Virus record (IMG/VR): IMGVR_UViG_3300028591_000073
Span: 32,001 to 96,000 of that record
Source of the DNA: a virus
Lineage: Duplodnaviria; Caudoviricetes
Direction: 5' to 3' (one strand)
DNA length: 64,000 bases
Shown here: positions 60,897 through 64,000 of the stretch, one piece after another
Layout: every line of letters begins with the position of its first letter
Position numbering within the stretch: the first letter of the stretch is position 1
The notes under the pieces: model-generated
Told to the model about the DNA's origin: nothing
Databases searched by the model: none
What the model saw: only the letters and a program-made list of their open reading frames with translations
Translations under genes and position numbers: made by a program

Positions 60897-62726
60897 TTAT
60901 ACTAAATTGGCATCAAGATAAGCAAATACATCTGTGATGCTTGGTGCATTAAACCAATTGTACATCGTAGATGCGATATTGCCATTCTTATATGAGTTGA
61001 TGATTTGACCACTAAGGTCCTTTTTGTGTCTACCTCCATCAGAATCAAACCACCAATATTCTTGATTGAAAGAACGATTCTTGTGAGAACCATTCAACCA
61101 TATTTCTTCGTTATTCACGATGACTTTATATTCCAATGACATGGGGTCTTGATTCTCACCCATTTTCGTGGATGGATAATAGGAAGCTGCATCTGCATCT
61201 AACGCTCCATATATCACTTTATTAGTTTTCTTACCATTAATGATTAATCCCACACAATTGTTCAATGCTGGGTCGGCGACATATGCTCCTTCATAGGCAG
61301 TATCAATTCCAGGAGGTACTAACAGACGACAAGCTTGTACATATTGTTCTTTCTCAAAGTAGTATTCACGAGAATCTCGCACAATATGCGTTTCTTGGAA
61401 ACACTTGGAGAATTGGGTACAGAAAGAATATGACCGAGAGGCAAATGCACCACAGTCCCCACAGTTAAACTCAATTGCTTTTTGTACCACGGTATCTCGC
61501 ATATTATACAACAAGAAGTTGATAAAATCCGTATATGCAAACTCACGGAATTTACCACTCTTTGTATCTGTCAACTTTACAATCTTAGCTGTCATCTTAC
61601 CCACATAATTCAAGGAATAGGAGCGAGGTTTCTGTTGAGACTTTCGTGTCGCACCCCATAATCGTTCCTGACACAAATATTGTGTGTAAGACGAGCAATA
61701 GAAGAAGTCCTTGGAATCTGGGATTGCCGCACTTGGATTCTTGTCTTGAGAGAAGTATAACGACCTTGTCTTGAATTCCTTGGGGATAAAGAATGTGAGC
61801 GGGTCATATCCGAGCCACTTGATACGATTCATGAGATAATTATCATCAAACGGTGCATTCCACGATAAACAGAACCATGGTCGATATTTGTTGATATATT
61901 CAAATATCAGCTTAATCATATATATCTCCTGGTCGAATGGAAAGATATGCAATCTGATATCATATCCCTCCAAATACTTCTTATTGTCTTCATCTGTGTC
62001 AACAATCTTGTGTTTGAATTCCTGTTGATGTTGTTCCAACCATGCGAATGCTTCTTTTTGCTTCAATAATAACGGATGATATTTCTTGTCAATCTGAGAT
62101 TCATCACGTGGACCTAATACGAATAATGCTGCAATCTTCTGTTCATCTAAGATTAACGAAACTGCATTCACAGGTTGTGGTGCATTCTGATAATCTCGAG
62201 GGTCGATGGATCTATCCAAGGTATCCACCTCAATATCTAAATAAGCCACTTTCACCTTGGAGATATCGAAATCTCGACCATACTGATTCAACCACCGTAA
62301 TCGAAAATATACATCCTCTTTGAAATCTGCCTTAAATACCCATGGGCATTCACACATCTTTTTCTTTAAATCATATACGCCATAAGCATCCTTCATGTCA
62401 TCAAATAACTGACCCCATTCTCCACCTATCTCTTGCGCAATTACATTTGCAATTTTGGATGGTTGACAATAGACCGGATAACAATCTCCAAGTTTGGCTT
62501 GTGCAATCTGATACTGGTTTGTTCGACACTCAGGTTTCAAGAACCAGATATCAACGATTGGCTTTTCATATTTGACTTCCAATCGTTCTGTTTTAGGGTT
62601 CCAATATACAACCTCGAATTCTTCAGATGGTCTGCGAACATATCTTACATCAAATAAGATACTTCCTTCTGGATAATCTAATGGTTTTGGAATTCCGTAT
62701 GTTTTTACCTTATTCAGTCTATCCAT
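60897..62726 (-). CDS. Split family-B DNA polymerase, exonuclease plus motif A subunit
   Basis: DIEVD (ExoI), WNAPFD (ExoII), YNMRD (ExoIII), YEGAYVADP and DADAASYYPS. The ORF ends before motifs B and C. Confidence 0.85.
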   Translation of the reverse strand: MDRLNKVKTYGIPKPLDYPEGSILFDVRYVRRPSEEFEVVYWNPKTERLEVKYEKPIVDIWFLKPECRTNQYQIAQAKLGDCYPVYCQPSKIANVIAQEIGGEWGQLFDDMKDAYGVYDLKKKMCECPWVFKADFKEDVYFRLRWLNQYGRDFDISKVKVAYLDIEVDTLDRSIDPRDYQNAPQPVNAVSLILDEQKIAALFVLGPRDESQIDKKYHPLLLKQKEAFAWLEQHQQEFKHKIVDTDEDNKKYLEGYDIRLHIFPFDQEIYMIKLIFEYINKYRPWFCLSWNAPFDDNYLMNRIKWLGYDPLTFFIPKEFKTRSLYFSQDKNPSAAIPDSKDFFYCSSYTQYLCQERLWGATRKSQQKPRSYSLNYVGKMTAKIVKLTDTKSGKFREFAYTDFINFLLYNMRDTVVQKAIEFNCGDCGAFASRSYSFCTQFSKCFQETHIVRDSREYYFEKEQYVQACRLLVPPGIDTAYEGAYVADPALNNCVGLIINGKKTNKVIYGALDADAASYYPSTKMGENQDPMSLEYKVIVNNEEIWLNGSHKNRSFNQEYWWFDSDGGRHKKDLSGQIINSYKNGNIASTMYNWFNAPSITDVFAYLDANLV

Positions 62727-62929
62727 ATTTACTCATATCCTTTCTATCTGTGATGGTACTTACCTGTTATACTTCTTTCTTCTATTTACTATGTTATTAT
62801 ATCTGGATTGACCTCCGGTCAATCTAATAATATACATGGATATTTAGAAAATAATAGACAGTATCAACAGGTACTATATTGCCATTTCCCAGTAGCATAC
62901 AAAATTTGCTATTTTTTTATTTTTTGATA

Positions 62930-62953
62930 TATATATCATTTATATGACATTAG
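62930..62953 (+). promoter_or_regulatory. Putative phage early promoter
   Basis: TATATATCATTTATATGACATTAG, similar to the two other copies. Confidence 0.55.
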
Positions 62954-63188
62954 GGAAATCTAATGTCTTAAATACCTCATTTACATACCCCACACCAACA
63001 ACGGGGTATGTTCATATATAGTCCAACCAAGAGAGGACCACATTATTCTTTTTGAGTAATGTGGTCCTCGGTTCACCAGTCCACACAAGGGATTGATGAA
63101 TTTCTTCTTGGGTCCGAAACAGAGAATATCAAAGCCGCCCCGAAGGGCGGCCAAGATAATCTCACACATAATGAAAGGGGGTGAGTGA

Positions 63189-63338
63189 ATGGAACGCTCA
63201 ACCATTGTTGAAACAAGCATCAATGATATTCTGGAGATTTGCAATTTAAAAGAACCAGAACATTCGTCATTGGATAGCCTGACATTCGATGATGTTGCCA
63301 TCAACATTGATGCTTGTATCAAGAAATTACAAGCTTAA
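63189..63338 (+). CDS. Small protein (49 aa), not in the ORF track; paralog of the next gene
   Basis: AAGGGGGTGA RBS. Translation MERSTIVETSINDILEICNLKEPEHSSLDSLTFDDVAINIDACIKKLQA. Confidence 0.75.
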   Translation: MERSTIVETSINDILEICNLKEPEHSSLDSLTFDDVAINIDACIKKLQA

Positions 63339-63360
63339 GCTTGTACAAGGGGGTGAAACG

Positions 63361-63516
63361 ATGGACCGTCGTTCACCAATTGTTGAGTTCAATATGGAGG
63401 ACTTCAAACACATGATTGGCTCCGCAAAAACCAATCAGTCTTCTATTGAACAACTGACATTGGACGATGTCAAAAATAACATTGATAAATGCATCTCCAA
63501 GCTCATCAATGTTTAA
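63361..63516 (+). CDS. Small protein (51 aa)
   Basis: AAGGGGGTGA RBS. Translation MDRRSPIVE...SSIEQLTLDDVKNNIDKCISKL. Confidence 0.75.
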   Translation: MDRRSPIVEFNMEDFKHMIGSAKTNQSSIEQLTLDDVKNNIDKCISKLINV

Positions 63517-63560
63517 GATATCGTCATCTTGAATCAAAAGAAATATGGAGGTACAATCCA

Positions 63561-63809
63561 ATGGACAATGAAAAGACAAATGTGATTGCTGAAGCTGTAG
63601 GCAATCGTCCTCTCACAGCAGAAGAAAGACATGAATTCGAGCAGTTATGGAAAGAATATTCTGACGTAGACAAGTTTAGAATGGCTTCCAGAATCATCAA
63701 TGTTACACAAGATGTAGCGAAGATGACAACTATCGAATTCATCCGCACATGTGCCATGGTTGCAGATTTGGACCAGCGTTATGGCACGGAAACAATCAAA
63801 CACAAGTAA
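63561..63809 (+). CDS. Hypothetical protein (82 aa)
   Basis: GGAGG RBS before ATG 63561. Confidence 0.7.
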   Translation: MDNEKTNVIAEAVGNRPLTAEERHEFEQLWKEYSDVDKFRMASRIINVTQDVAKMTTIEFIRTCAMVADLDQRYGTETIKHK

Positions 63810-63828
63810 TCAAAAGAACCAGGAACTG

Positions 63829-64000
63829 TGGAGAAGGTACACTAAGCGTCGGACTGATCATCCGTTACTACGAGCAAGTAGTAGGCGTCGCAAACCCGTA
63901 AGTGCAATACATACCGATATGGCCATGCATTCACATGTATGGTGTGCCTATTAACGAGGGACCTCAGGTCGAGAGACTCATATCGATATGCCTTCATCCA
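63829..64000 (+). ncRNA. Candidate structured RNA (unknown family)
   Basis: Nested long-range stems and several hairpins with G-U pairs on the + strand; no convincing ORF. Confidence 0.45.

Noticed and set aside
1-64000. Genome-wide genetic code 15 (TAG=Gln)
   Set aside because: Standard-code ORFs tile the window unfragmented, including structural genes; only one internal TAG exists.
1-64000. tRNA or rRNA genes
   Set aside because: No cloverleaf with T-loop/acceptor signatures was recognised in the intergenic gaps.

Overview
AT-rich, gene-dense segment of a jumbo myophage genome of the phiKZ/AR9(PBS1)-like lineage. The host is probably a Firmicute, inferred from strong AGGAGG-type RBSs, BspA-like LRR and holin types. 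Bases 1-19 kb (+) carry paralogous inner-head proteins with xxE-type propeptide motifs, a probable neck protein, and a 3264-aa tape-measure-like protein with C39-like, M23, lysozyme and NlpC/P60-like domains. Bases 19-49 kb carry small early-type genes, RusA, baseplate/tail proteins, a glycine-rich receptor-binding protein and an LRR protein. Bases 49-64 kb carry a DHH phosphoesterase, an HTH gene, thyX, holin-like genes, an SF2 (UvsW-like) helicase, tandem HExxH peptidases, a type IIA topoisomerase A subunit and the N-terminal half of a split family-B DNA polymerase. Three observations stand out. (1) A ~370-nt insertion between thyX and the HTH gene consists of two covarying TnpB omegaRNA-like scaffolds, a degenerate third copy and a tnpB RuvC-III remnant. 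(2) A single in-frame UAG, presented in a hairpin loop, lies inside the helicase Walker A motif, while no other called gene uses TAG. (3) A multi-branched structured RNA candidate sits at the right edge. All calls are from motif recognition by eye; no database searches were run.
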